From Squalus acanthias (lineage: Eukaryota): a DNA stretch of 64,000 nucleotides. Under the pieces are notes generated by a model. It was not told the origin of the DNA. It did no database searches and was given only the letters and a program-made list of their open reading frames with translations. Shown one piece after another: positions 11,775 to 23,789 of this stretch (its first letter is position 1; each line of letters starts with the position of its first letter). Position numbers and translations under genes: made by a program. The stretch is taken from assembly GCA_030390025.1 (NCBI GenBank), contig CM059433.1, positions 137,144,001-137,208,000 of the forward strand. The letters are read 5' to 3'.

Positions 11775-13376
11775 AATCATAGAGCCATAGAGTCATAATG
11801 GCACAGAAGGAGGGCATTCGGCCCATCAAGTCTGTGCCGGCTCTCTGTAGAGCAATCCAGTCAGTCCCATTCCCCCACTCTATCCCCGTAGCCCTGCAAG
11901 TTTATTTCACTCAAGTGCCTATCCAGTCTCCCCTTGAAAACATTGGCCCAGAAATTAAAGACTGAGTGTTGACGCGGGGGTAAGGCTTCCCCGCGATCTC
12001 TCACTCCGCGTTGGCTTTTTCAGATCCAGCTCGCACGAACTTGATGTTCTAGACATCAGCTGGGCAGTGCTTGCGTATCCCACCGGCGTAGTGAATTTGT
12101 GCGAGCTGTGGGATCACGTGACTCAGTTAGAGCCAATGGCAGCACACCATCTTCCATTCATAAGTTTCACATAAGTGCTGTGAAAGCTATGAATCTTACA
12201 CACCCCCAAAATAACAGCTAAACCTCAATTAAATTTTTTAAAAAAACCATCACATTAATAAAATAAGTATAGTTAAATAAATTAACCATTTTAAATAAAA
12301 AATTAAATTTTTGAAAAAATTTAAAATCTTTTAAAAAGTTATAAAAATAAACTTACCTGTCTTTAAAGTCTCTAAAAAAGATATACCTGTTAAAAAAAAT
12401 TCAAAATAATACTTAATTCACTACTTACCTTGTTAAAAGTGGGTCTTACTCCTCCTTTTTTATTTCTAAAATCTTCCGTCCTTACCTGCGCGTCCAAAGC
12501 ACTAAGTGCACAGCATGCGCGCAGCCTGTAGCGCGCACGCGGTGCACCGAGGAACCGCCCCCTTTTCCAAAAACCAAGTGCCGGTTTTCAGCGCATGCGC
12601 AGTGCATGCAGAAAACCGGCAATTGGTGACAGAATACGCGAGAGTACACAGTGCGTACTCTCGCGTCGCGGGACTAATTTTTGGGTCATTGAGTGTCTCC
12701 GTTTTCACCACTCGCTGCGTAAAAATGTTTTCCCTCATGTCCCCCCTGTATCTCTTGCCCAAAACCTTAAATCTGTGTCCCCTAGTCCTTGTACCATCAA
12801 CTAGTGGGAACAGCCTTTCCCGTCTAGCCTATCCAAACCCGTCATAATCTTGTACACCTCTATCAAATCACCCCTCAACCTCCTTTGCTCTAATGAAAAC
12901 AAATCCAGCTTCTCCAACCTGTCCTTGTAGCTAAGATCCCCCATCCCCGGGACCATTCTGGTAAATCTCCTCTGCACCCTCTGAAGGGCCTTCACATCCT
13001 TCCTAAAGTGTGGTGACCAGAACTGGACGCAATACTCCAGTTGTGGCCTAACCAGCACTTTATAAAGGTTCAGCATAACTTCTCTACTTTTGTACTTAAT
13101 ATCTCTATTTATGAAGCCCAAGATTCTCTCAATATGTCCTGCCACCTTCAGGGACCTAGGCACATTAACTCCCAGGTCCCTCTGTCCCTGCACACTCTTT
13201 AAAACTGTGCCATTAAGTGTATATTGCCTCTCCCTGTTTCTTCTGCCAAAATGCACACTTCTCTGTATTAAATTCCATCTGCCACTTGTCTGCCCATTCT
13301 GCTCGCCTTTCTATGTCCTGTTGCAGTCAATTGGTATCATCATCACTGTTGGCCACACCCCCAAGTTTGGTGTCAA
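11775..13376 (-). mobile_element. CR1 LINE 3' fragment, split by a MITE at 11945-12687
   Basis: VRPQLEYCVQFWSP...RRLRGDLIEVYKI; catagag-type tail at ~11778. Confidence 0.85.
11945..12687. mobile_element. Non-autonomous TIR element (Harbinger-like MITE)
   Basis: TIR GGCCCAGAAATTA / TAATTTTTGGGTC; 3-bp TSD ATT; AT-rich core; GCGCATGCGC-rich subterminal region. Confidence 0.75.
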
Positions 13377-14185
13377 GGTAGGTACTGCAGGGAATTCAGG
13401 GCCAGAGTGATCTCCTGGACTAGTTTCGATCACCTAGATGGGTCGGAGAGGAATTTCCCAGATTTTTTCCCCCAAATTGGCCTGGGTTTTTAATCTTTTT
13501 TTTTGCCTCTCCCAGGAAACCACATTGTTTCGGGTGGGGTGGAATGTTTATATTGTGATACACAAGGTACCACAATTGTGTGGGACAGGGCCGATGGACC
13601 AGAGGGTCTTTACCTGTCTGTCATTGTTCACATGTTTGTATGTTCGTATGTAACCTGTGTCGCTACTTTTAGTGATTTGTGTATCTGTACCCCTCGATCC
13701 CTCTGATCCTCTATACCATTTAGACACTTATTTTCCAAGGAGTATTTGGCCTCCTTACTCTTCCTACCAAAATGTATCGCCTCACACGTATCTGTGTTGA
13801 AGTTCATTGGCCAATTACACGCCCATTCTGCATGTTTATTAATGTCTTCCTGTATTTTGTCACAGTCCTCCTCTGTATTAACTACACCCCCCAATTTGGT
13901 GTTGTCTGCAAATTTTGAATTTATACTTCCGATTCCCGAGTCCAAATTGTTTATATAAATGGTGAACAACAGTGGTCCCATCACCAATCCTTGTGGAACA
14001 CCACTTCCCACCTTTTGCCAGTCTGAGAAATGACCTTTAACCCCTAAGCTCTATTTTCTGTTTTGTAGTCAGCTTGCTCTCCATTCTGCTACTTGTCCCA
14101 TAACTCTGCATGTTCAGACCTTAGTCATGAATCTACTATGACCTGAGTCATGAGTCTACCTTATCGAAGGCCTTTTCAAAATCCT
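13377..14185. mobile_element. CR1 fragments (+ strand 3' end ~13377-13650; - strand RT piece ~13650-14185)
   Basis: SGVPQG.VMGPLLFTIYIN...KFADNTKLGG on the minus strand; microsatellite-type tail near 13630-13650. Confidence 0.7.
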
Positions 14186-14615
14186 AATATATTCGGCGCA
14201 AAATTGGAATCGGTAGTGCCCGTTGTTTGTGCTCTACGGGTGCAGCTTGGGTACCAAACTGGCGTCCAATCTGAGCGCATACACTTGTGGGGCAAATCAC
14301 ACCGGACACCATATTGGTGAGGGTAATAGCGCGCGCGCACCTAACGTTCACCAGAAGTATGCAGAGCAGGCAGATCATGACGTCAATCAGCGTGCAACAC
14401 TGTTTTGACACCAGCGGTGCCATTTTGGAGCTCAATGCTCCAGCCAAGCCCTCTCCTAAGCTCGCACAGCTGAACACATGTTCAGCAACAATCCTATTTA
14501 CAGGGATGATCAACTACTTACAGGTTAGTTGCTGATTTATTTCTTCTGGCTATTGCTACGATTCTACAAGTGTTTTGTTTTCTATAGCTGTTTCAAGTTG
14601 CAAATGTTTCAAATT

Positions 14616-14965
14616 GCAAATCCCACCACAGCAGCTGGGGAATTTAAATTCAGTTAATTAAATAAATCTGGAATATAAAGCTAGTATCAGTAATGGTGAC
14701 CATTACTACCGGATTGTTGGAAAAACCCATCTGGTTCACTAATGTCCTTTAGGGAAGGAAATCTTCCGTCCTTACCCGATCTGGCCTATATGTGACTCCA
14801 GACCCACAGCAATGTGGTTGACTCTTAACTGCCCTCTGAATGGCCCAGCAAGCCACTGTATTCAAGAAGGCGGCTCACCACCACCTTCTCGAGGGCAATT
14901 AGGGACGGGCAATAAATGCTGGCCTTGCCAGCATCGCCCACATCCTGTGAACGAATAAAAGAAAA
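14616..14965 (+). mobile_element. Short bipartite retroposon: 5' SINE-like core plus 3' end of family-B LINE
   Basis: 5' part matches 61655-61865(-) and 17935-18090(+); 3' part (ttcaagaaggcggctcaccaccaccttctc...aataaatgctggccttgccagc...A tail) matches family-B 3' UTRs. Confidence 0.8.
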
Positions 14966-15846
14966 TGGCTACAGGGAGTGGTGTGGCAGGTGCTGAAGGA
15001 CTTTTTGCTGACTTCAAGGCTTCTGCACAAACCACTTGCTGCCAGACATGGGTACAATAGTAGGCATTCCCCTTCGAATACAGCATTACTTGGAGAATGA
15101 ACAGAGGCCACACAGAGCAGGACAAGCTGCTGGAAAAGGGAGGAGGAAGGGGAGAAGGGCTCTCAGCAGGAGGCCATATCCGCCCAGGGTGTTCAGGGAG
15201 CAATTCTCCTAACTGAACCTCAACGAGGAACAATGTATGAGACATCTGTGTTTCAGTAAGGACGTCCTCACTGGAATCTGCCAGCTGCTGCAGCCACAAC
15301 TGCAACTGCAGAGCAGGGCAAGAATCACATTGCCTGTGGCTATGAAGGTGACCGTGGCGATGAACTTTTATGCATCTGGCTCCTTCCAGGCAGGAGCTGG
15401 ACATATTTGCAACATCTTGAAGTTTGCTGTTCACTGTTGCGTAAGGGAGTTCACTAAGGCTCTCTATTCAAAGGGAGCTGACTACATGTCATTCTCTCTT
15501 GCCAGAGACCAGTAGGTGGAACGAGCACACGGGTTTCTAGGATTGCAGGCTTCCCCATGGTGCAGGGTGCCATTGACTGCATGCATATCACTTTGCGGGT
15601 GCCGCATGTCAACTCTGCCCTACACCAGAACCGAAAGGGATACCACTCCCTCAACGTACAGCTGGTGCACGGCTATACTCAGTGTATCACGCAGGTCGAT
15701 ACCTGGTATCTTGGCAGCAGACATGATGCCTTCATTCTGCAGCAGTCCTTTGTGCCAGCTGCATTTCAGCCACCACGGCAAACCAAAGGGTGACTACTGG
15801 GTGACAATGGCTATCCACTGACCACATGGCTCATGACTCTGGCCTG

Positions 15847-17485
15847 TGTAGAATTCGCAATATATCGCGATTTTATTAATAAGGAGAAAACACAGAGTCT
15901 CGTTCAAACAGCTTTTATTTCAGCAGAATGCTGTCAGGTTTCTCAAAGTGGACACAAGCAGCCTGTAAAATGGCCGCCGCACCTCGTGACAGAACATTCT
16001 AGACTTTTCGACAGGCAGACAAGATGGCGTTCCAATAAACATTTGTGCAAGATCGATTAAGATTCAGCACAGTGAAGATAATACACGAGACATTATGGGT
16101 TTACAGTATACACATAAATACTGAAATCGGTCTCCCAAGGTACGAATGAAAGCTATTGTACCAAGTAATCAAGGGCCCATCCAAAGACATTAATATGTAA
16201 AATCCCAACGACTCTACGATGAGAGAGCCGTTAGCGGGTAGTTATACAAAACACTTGGAAGCCCCAAAACCCCTCCAGGGAGAACACCGACCGATTTAAC
16301 AATGGGAGAGGTATTAACAGGTACTCAGACAGTTACGAGTAGCCCCGAAACCCATTAAGAACGGAGATCACCCATACAAGACATTTGAGCGCCAAACCCA
16401 AACAAAAGAAAGGACATTAAGGTTGGGCGGGAAACGGAAGATTTTGTACTATAATTACAAGCTCCAACCGTCCATCTTTCTCTTATTCTCTTATCCGATC
16501 GACTCGTAACCTCGTGGCTGCTCCTGTGTTTTGACTCGTAGTCTTGTTCCTGCTTGCCTGGTGCCTCTTTGAAAAAGACTGTTGAACTTTCTGATCCGTT
16601 CGGATCTACCTCGTGTCGCGTAACGAAGACCTATGTTGGTAACTGGCATCGGAACCAAAGGCCCGAGATGAGATGAGATGAGATGAGATGAGATGAGAAG
16701 AGAGGAAGACCATACTCATCGCCACGGTCAGTAAATCCCGACCGCGCCCGTAGGTCGAATAGCCAAGTTTTCCTTGCCAGGAAGACTTCTTTGAACTTGC
16801 AAGAACGGATTATCACCGATGATATTGACTGGTCTGGATTCGGAAAGTACCTGTTAAACCAACCAACACAGATCTTCATCACAGCAGACGGTCCAGCCTG
16901 CTAGCCGGAGCAGAAGCAAGTAAACAAGTGGGACCAGGAGATCTCCTGATCGACACGTGGGTGCTGCGGTGAAAACATCCGATCAGCTATTCGGAATTTC
17001 TCCGAGTTATCACGAGTGGTGAGCATGAGTCTCGAAATCCTACGAATCTAGCTAGGACAGATATTGATAGGGGAGGGTTTAAGTATTAAGGATACTTGTA
17101 ATGTGTGCCCCTATTTACGGTGTGTCGTTCGTTCCTCGTTTCCCTAGGATCAGCTATATAACTGCTTGTAAGATTGTACTGTCATTAATCTGTGCTTATG
17201 ACATGTATTTCGTAATCTTAAATATCATGCAATAAAGATTTAACATTTCGTACCATTCAACCGAGTCTACATGAGTTTCATCTCCATTACTGCTCTCGCA
17301 TCTAAGTCCAGTGTCTAGAACCGTAAGGGCGAGTGATTCGAACCACTCACAGGTGTGTCTAGTGCTCCCAGACTGGCTGGAGACCAGAACAGGCAACAAG
17401 GCCTAAACCCGCACTGACATACAGGCTGCACAGAGCCGCGTGAATCTCACAGGCTGCGAGACACGCAGGGTCAGAATCCCTTACA
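15847..17485 (+). mobile_element. Solo LTR (1639 bp) of the same family, inserted in a Harbinger transposase
   Basis: TGTAGAATTCGC...CCCTTACA; TSD CCTG (15843-15846 / 17486-17489); colinear with 7615-9344. Confidence 0.95.
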
Positions 17486-17934
17486 CCTGTAACCCAATGT
17501 GCAGCATGCATACAGTGAAAGCCAGGCTGCCACATGAAATGTGATAGAGCAGGCCATTGGCATGTTGAAACAACGCTTCCGCTGCATGGACCATTCTGGA
17601 GGAGCCTGCAGTACACGACAGAGCAGGTGTCAAGTGTCGTTGTGGTTTGTTGCATGCTGCACTACCTCCCCATCATGAGGGCACAGCCCTTGCCACCAAC
17701 TATACGGAGAGCAGCTGAGGAGCAGGAGCATGAGGAGGAGGAGGAGTAAGAGGAGGAAGCGGAAAGCAGGAGGCAACATAGACAGCCCCTTTCTGCCTGG
17801 GCTATCTGTGAAGAACTCATCCGAGTGTGATATCAGTAACCGCAAACACAATTCCCCATTCACCAACAGTCCCACACCTTACCTTCTTTCTGTGACTGAC
17901 CATCACAGTGTCCGCTTGGCCACAATGCAAAAAT

Positions 17935-19690
17935 AAAATCTGGAATAAAAAGCATGAAACTACCGGATTGTCGTAAAAACCAATCTGGTTTACTAATGTC
18001 CTTTAGGGAAGGAAATCTGCTGTCCTGACCTGGTCTGGCCGATATGTGACTCCAGACCTACAATAATATGGTTGACTCTGAAATGGCCCAGCAAGCAAGT
18101 TGTACCAAACCGCTACAAAGAAGTATACTATGAATAAAACCACCCGGCATCGACCTAGGCAGCGGACATGACAAATTCACAACCAGCCCAGTGAACCCTG
18201 CAAAGTCCTCCTCACTAATATCTGGGGACTTGTGCCAAAATTGGGAGAGCTGTCCCACAGATAAGTCAAGCAACAGCCTGACCAAGTCATATTCACAGAA
18301 TCATACCTCTCAGACTTCTCCATCACTATCCCTGGGTATGTCCTGTCCCACCGGCAGGACAAACTCACCAGAGGTAGCGGCACAGTGGTATACAGTCGGG
18401 AGGGAATGGCCTTGGGAGTCCAAAACATTGACTCCAGACCCCAGGATGTCTCATGGCAACAAGTCAAACATGGGCAAGGAAACACCTGCTTATTAACACC
18501 TACCGCCCTCTCTCAGCTGATGAATCAGTACTCCGCCATGTTGAACACCACTTGGAAGAAGTACTGAGGGTAGCAAGGGCACAGAATGTACTCTGGGTGG
18601 GGGATGTCAATATCCATCACTACGATTGACTCGGTAGCACCATCACTGACCGAGCTGGCCGAGTCCTGAAGGCCATAGTTGCAAGACTGCGGCAGGTGGT
18701 GAGAGAACCAACACAAGGGAAAAGCATACTTGACATCGCCCTCACCAATTTACCTGTCGCAGATGCATCTGTCCATGACAGCATTGGCAGGAGTGCTCAC
18801 CGCACAGTCCTTGTGGAGACGAAGTCCCGTCTTCACATTGAGAACACTCTCCATTGTGTTGTGTGGCACTACCACCATGCTAAATGGGATAGATTCAGAA
18901 CAGATCTAGCAGCTTAAAACTGGGCATCACACTGAGGCAGCAAAATTGTATTCCAACACAATCTGTAATCTCATGGCCCGGCATATTCCTCACTCTACCA
19001 TTACCATCAAGCTGGTTCAATGAGGAGTGTAGAAGAGCATGCCAGGAGCTGCACCAAGCGTACCTAAAAATTAAGTGCTAAACTGGTGAAACTACAACAC
19101 AGGCTAAACGGCAAAAACAGCATGCTATTCACAGAGCTAAGCGATCCCACAACCAACGGATCAAATAAAAGCTCTGCTGTCCTGCCACATCCAGTTGTGA
19201 ATGGTGGTGGACAATTAAACAACTAACGGGAGGAGGAGGCTCCATTAACATCCCCATCCTCAATGATGGCAGAGCCCAGCACATGAGTGCAAAAGACAAG
19301 GCTGAAGCGTTCGCAATCATCTTCAGCCAGAAGTGATGAGTGGAAGATCCATCTCGGCCTCCTCCTGAGATCTCCACCATCACAGAAGCCAGTCTTCAGC
19401 CAATTTGATACACTCCTTTTGATATCAAGAAATGTCTGAGTGCATTGGATACAGCAAAGGCTGTGGGCCCCAACAACATCCCAGCTGTAGTCCTGAAGTG
19501 CTCCCGAACTAGCTGGGCCTCTAGCCAAGCTGTTCCAGTACAGCTATAACCCTGGCATCTACCCAACAATTTGGAAAATTGCCCATGTATGTCCTTTCCA
19601 CAAAAGCAGGACAAATCCAATCTGGCCAATTACTGCCCCATCAGTCTACTCTCAATCATCAGCAAAGTGATGGAAAGTGTTGCTGACAAC
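17935..19690 (+). mobile_element. Family-B LINE 5' part (SINE-like leader, APE endonuclease, start of RT)
   Basis: LLTNIWGLVPKLGELSHR, PGYVLSHRQD, NYCPISLLSIISKVME; colinear with 58690-61865. Confidence 0.85.
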
Positions 19691-19696
19691 AACAAC

Positions 19697-20605
19697 AACA
19701 CAATTTCAAAATTTGCAGATGACACTAAACCTGGAAGTATAGTGAAAACTGAGGATGAAAGTGATAGACTTCAAGAGGACATAGAGAGGCTGGTAGAATA
19801 GGCAGACATGTGGCAGATGAAATGTAATGCAGAAAAATGCGAAGTGATACATTTTGGTAGAAAGAATGAGGAGATGAAATATAAACTAAAGGGTACAATC
19901 CTAAAGTGGGTGCATGAACTGACAGACGTAGGGGTATATGTGCACAAACTGTTGAAGGTAGCAGGACAGGTTGAGAAAGCAGTTAAAAAAGCTTATGGGA
20001 TCCTGGGCTTCATGAATAGAGGTATAGAGTACAAAAGTGTGGAAATTATGACGAACCTGTATAAAACACTGGTTCGGCCTGAACTAGAGTATTGTGTCCA
20101 ATTCTGGGCACCACATTTTAGAGGGTGCAGAAAAGATTTACGAGAATGATTCCAGGGATGAGAGACTTGGAGAAGCTGGGGTTGTTCTCCTTAGAGCAGA
20201 GAAGAATGAGAGGAGATTTGGTCGAGGTGTTCAAAATCATGAGGGGTCTGGACAGAGTAGATAGAGAGAAACTGTTCCCATTGGCAGAGGGATCGAGAAC
20301 CAGACGACACAGATTTAAGGTGGATTGGCAAAAGAACCAAAGGCGACATAAGAAAAAACTTTTTTACGCAGCGAGTGGTTAGGATCTGGAATGCACTGCC
20401 TGAAAGGGTGGTGGAGGCAGACTCAATTGCACCTTTCAAAAAGGGAGTTGGATATGTGCCTGAAAGAAAACATTTTGCAAGGCTACGGGGAAAGGGCAGG
20501 GGAGTGGGACTACCTGAGGTGCTCTTGCAGAGAGCTGGCATGGGCTCGATGGGCCAGATGGCCTTCTTCCGTTCTGTAATCATTCCATGATTCTATAATT
20601 CTATG
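19697..20605 (+). mobile_element. CR1 LINE 3' fragment
   Basis: KFADDTK...VRPELEYCVQFWAP...RRMRGDLVEVFKI; (attctatg)n tail. Confidence 0.88.
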
Positions 20606-21065
20606 AACAACTTGTATTTATATAGTGCCTTTAACGTAGTAAAACGTCCCAAGGCACTTCATAGGAGTATTATAAGACAAAAAATAATTTGACACTGAAC
20701 TACATCAGGAGAAATTAGGGCAGGTGACCAAATGCTTGGTCAAAGAGGTAGGTTTTAAGGAGCGTCTTAAAGGAGGAAAGAGAGGTAGAGAGGCGGAGAG
20801 GTTTAGGCCGGGAATTCCAGAGCTTAGGGCCTTGGCAACATAAGGCACGTCCACCAATGATTGAGCGATTATAATCATGGATGCTCAATAGGGCAGTCTG
20901 ACAATTTAGAGACCGTGGAGGGGTCGAGAGAGGTGGTGGTGAGGTAGAGCTGGGTGTCATCAGTGTACATGTGGAAACTGACGCTGTGTTTTCGGATGTT
21001 GTTGCCAAGGGGCAGCATTGAGATGAAAAATAGGGGGGGGGCCAAGGATAGATCCTTGGGGGACA
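20606..21065 (-). mobile_element. L2 LINE 3' fragment (internally deleted)
   Basis: FHMYTDDTQLY; GPKLWNSRPKPLRLSTSLSSFKTLLKTYLFDQAF; tail aaggcactatataaatacaagttgtt. Confidence 0.85.
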
Positions 21066-21137
21066 CCGGATTGGACCAATCGCTGGGAAGCTTAACAAGG
21101 TAGCTTGGTGGGCTGACGGGAAGCAATCTTGTTCCTC

Positions 21138-22021
21138 CTTTTTTTTAATTCATTCATGGGATGTGGGTGTTGCTGGCAAGACGAGCATTTATTGCCAATC
21201 CCTAATTGCTTTTGAGAAGGTGGTGGTGAGCCGCCTTCTTGAACCATTGCAGTCCATGTGATGAAGGTACTCCCACAGTGCTGTTAGGGAGGGAGTTCCA
21301 AGATTTTGACCCAGTGACGATGAAGGAACGGCGATATATTTCCAAGTCAGGACGGTGTGTGACTTGGAAAGGATCTTGGAGGTGATGGTGCTCCCATGCG
21401 TCTGCTGCCCTTGTCCTTCTAGGTGGTAGAGGTCGTGGGTTTGGGAGATGCTGTTGAAGAGGACTTGGAGAGTTGCTGCAGTGCATCTTGTAGATGGTAC
21501 ACTACAGCCATGGATCGCCGGTCGTGGAGGGAGTGAATGTTTAAGGTGGTGGATGGGGTGCCAATCAAGCGGGCTGCTTTGTCCTGATGGTGTCGAGCTT
21601 CTTGAGTGTTGTTGGAGCTGCACTCATCCAGGCAAGTGGAGAGTATTCCATCACACTCCTGACTTGTGCCTTGTAGATAGTGGAAAGGCTTTGGGGAGTC
21701 AGGAGGTGAGACACTCGCCGCAGAATACCTAGCTTCTGACCTGCTCTTGTTGCCACAGTATTTATGTGGCTGGTCCAGTTAAGTTTCTGGTCAATGGTGA
21801 CCCCCAGGATGTTGATGGTGGAGAATTCGGCGATGGTAATTCCGTTGAATGTCAAGGGGCAGTGGTTAGACTCTCGCTTGTTGGAGATAGTCATTGCCTG
21901 GCACATGTGTGGCGCGAATATTACCTGCCACTTATCAGCCCAAGCCTGAATGTCGTCCAGGTCTTGTTGCATGCGGGCATAGAGTGCTTCATTATCTGAG
22001 GAGTTGCGAATGGCACTGAAC
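21138..22021 (-). mobile_element. Family-B LINE 3' fragment
   Basis: MQQDLDDIQAWADKWQV...YKAQVRSVMEYSPLAWM; A-rich tail at ~21138. Confidence 0.9.
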
Positions 22022-22254
22022 AGTGCAGCGCAGTTCGATTGCAGCTACACATCCTTGGAGATATTCTCCTTCCATTGGTACAAAGAGAGCCCAAGTCGAC
22101 GGTTGGGGCAGGTTATGACCAGCATAAGTAGCGGCAAAGATGCGTTTGGACATTTGGAGATTGTTTTTGAAACTACCGAAAAGCAAAGCTATTTCGCTTT
22201 CAGAAAGATGGAAGAGCCGGACTACGCGGTCTATAATTGTATATTCAAGGATCT
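22022..22254 (+). pseudogene. Orphan antigen-receptor V gene segment fragment (TCR alpha/delta V-like), lacking leader and most of FR1
   Basis: Open frame SAAQFDCSYTSLEIFSFHWYKESP...MEEPDYAVYNCIFKD: first Cys 22040, WY 22076, D-x-A-V-Y-x-C with second Cys 22238; the Cys residues are 66 apart; followed directly by an RSS. Confidence 0.85.
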
Positions 22255-22293
22255 CACTGTGACAGCAATGAGCGGCACCACTGTACAAAAACC
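22255..22293 (+). promoter_or_regulatory. V(D)J recombination signal sequence, 23-bp spacer
   Basis: Heptamer CACTGTG (22255-22261), exactly 23 nt, consensus nonamer ACAAAAACC (22285-22293); starts 14 nt after the second Cys codon. Confidence 0.9.
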
Positions 22294-22760
22294 TGGCCTC
22301 GGGGAGACACGCCCTTTCTGATCTCCCCGCCTCGGCCTTTCTGATCTCTCCCATCCCCCACCCCCGTCCAACCTCTCCCTCCCTCTCGCTGCCATCTGGT
22401 GCCGCTGGCCTTCTTGTACGGCAGCCAGTCAGCCTCTCAATCTGGCTGGCTGCCAGCCAGGAAAAGGAGACAAAAAATTTAAATGAGGACCTGCTGTTAA
22501 ATTTGGCAGGACCTCTGGGTTACCTGCATTTCTGGGTTTCCAGGCCACTGCGACGACCCCGCTCCCTCCCTGGCTCCCTGTAAATATCAGGGCCAATATC
22601 TGTTATTCCACTCTGTTAAGAATTTTACCATTTTGGGTATACTTTCTTTCATTATTGTTTTCCCCCAAATATAACACTGCACATTTCTCTGCATTGAACT
22701 GCGTCTGCCCCATGCTAACTTGTCGACCCTGCAATCTCCTAATTCTTCTTTTTAGAGTTT

Positions 22761-23220
22761 CAGCTGTGGCTCAGTTGGTAGCACACTTGCCTCTGAGTCA
22801 GAAGGTTGTGGGTTCAAGTCCCACTCCAGGGACTTGAGCGCATAAAGCTAGGCAGACACTCCAGTGCAGTGCTGAGGGCATGCTGCACTGTCGGAGGTGC
22901 CGTCTTTCGGATGAGACGTTAAACCGAGGCCCCATCTGCTCTTTCAGGTGGACGTAAAAGATCCCATGGCCCTATTTCGAAGAAGAGCAGGGGAATTATC
23001 CCCGGTGTCATGGTCAATATTTATCCCTCAACCAACATAACAAAAACAGATAATCTGGTCATTATCACATTGCTGTTTGTGAGAGCTTGCTGTGCGCAAT
23101 TGGCTGCCACGTTTCCAACGTTACAACAGTGATTACACTTCAAAAAGTACTTAATTGGCTGTAAAGCGCTTTGGGACGTCCAGTGGTCGTGAAAGGCGCG
23201 ATAGAAATGCAAGTCTTTCT
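22761..23220 (+). mobile_element. tRNA-derived SINE, DeuSINE/SacSINE1-like, full length
   Basis: A box TGGCTCAGTTGG, B box GGTTCAAGTCC; core gaggtgccgtctttcggatgagacgttaaaccgagg...aaagatcccatggc recalled as the Deu domain; L2-like 3' tail. Confidence 0.82.
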
Positions 23221-23684
23221 GTTCATCTTCTTTGTAGTTTGTAATTCCCCCTAATCAGTAAACTTCCATTATCATTCTTTTTATATCTATATCTCCTCTT
23301 GTGACAATGTCCAAATCAGGTATTATAAGTGGAAAACAAGAATTTCACATGAAAGTATTAACCAGTGTACTAACAATAGGTAACAGAGGAATTTCAATCT
23401 GTGAAGATTGCTGTTGTGTTGATAAATGGCATTCCACTGAATAAAAGAGTGATCTGATCATTTGGGGTTTGATTTGCTCATTTATTCTGTGGGCTTTGGG
23501 CTTCTATTAGTGTTTCATGTAACCTTCTATTAGCTCTTCTACTCACTTAATAAAGATTATGTGCAATAATGAATTAATGCTGGTTCAGAATATTATTCAT
23601 CTTTCCCTCTGAAATATTCCCATAGATTTAGCATTGATTCCTTTTGACTTGTACATTATTTGAAGATAAAGATACAATACTCAC

Positions 23685-23789
23685 AGCTTTAACTTGCACT
23701 TTGTTGAAAGAATACCGAAGTGTGTCAACTCCTTCTGCTTCCTCCTTTGAAATCTCTACTTCATACTTATTCAGGATACTATATGCTTC
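23685..23789 (-). CDS. DNAH8: Axonemal dynein heavy chain exon (105 nt)
   Basis: tgtag|GAA...GCT|gtgagt, phase 0/0; translates to EAYSILNKYEVEISKEEAEGVDTLRYSFNKVQVKA, close to recalled DNAH8 EAYAILNRFEVEVTKEESEAVDTLRYSFNKLQSKA. Not in the ORF track. Confidence 0.93.

Larger units (their letters stand above)
14190..17940 (+). mobile_element. PIF/Harbinger transposon with decayed HARBI1-type DDE transposase (~15048-17840), carrying SINE and solo-LTR insertions
   Basis: LPVAMKVTVAMNFYASGSFQ; GFPMVQGAIDCMHI; NRKGYHSLNVQLV; GSRHDAFIL; LLGDNGYPLTTWLMT; EQAIGMLKQRFRC; contains stops and frameshifts. Confidence 0.9.

Noticed and set aside
15048-17840. Domesticated HARBI1 host gene
   Set aside because: Multiple stops, frameshifts and an LTR insertion show it is a dead transposon copy.
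22022-22293. The V segment as evidence of an MHC-linked antigen-receptor locus (human DNAH8 is near the MHC)
   Set aside because: It is a single leaderless fragment with no D, J or C in the window, and linkage of DNAH8 to the MHC in this species cannot be seen from this sequence.
22761-22830. tRNA gene
   Set aside because: A and B boxes are present but run into a SINE body and tail found in several copies; it is a SINE head.
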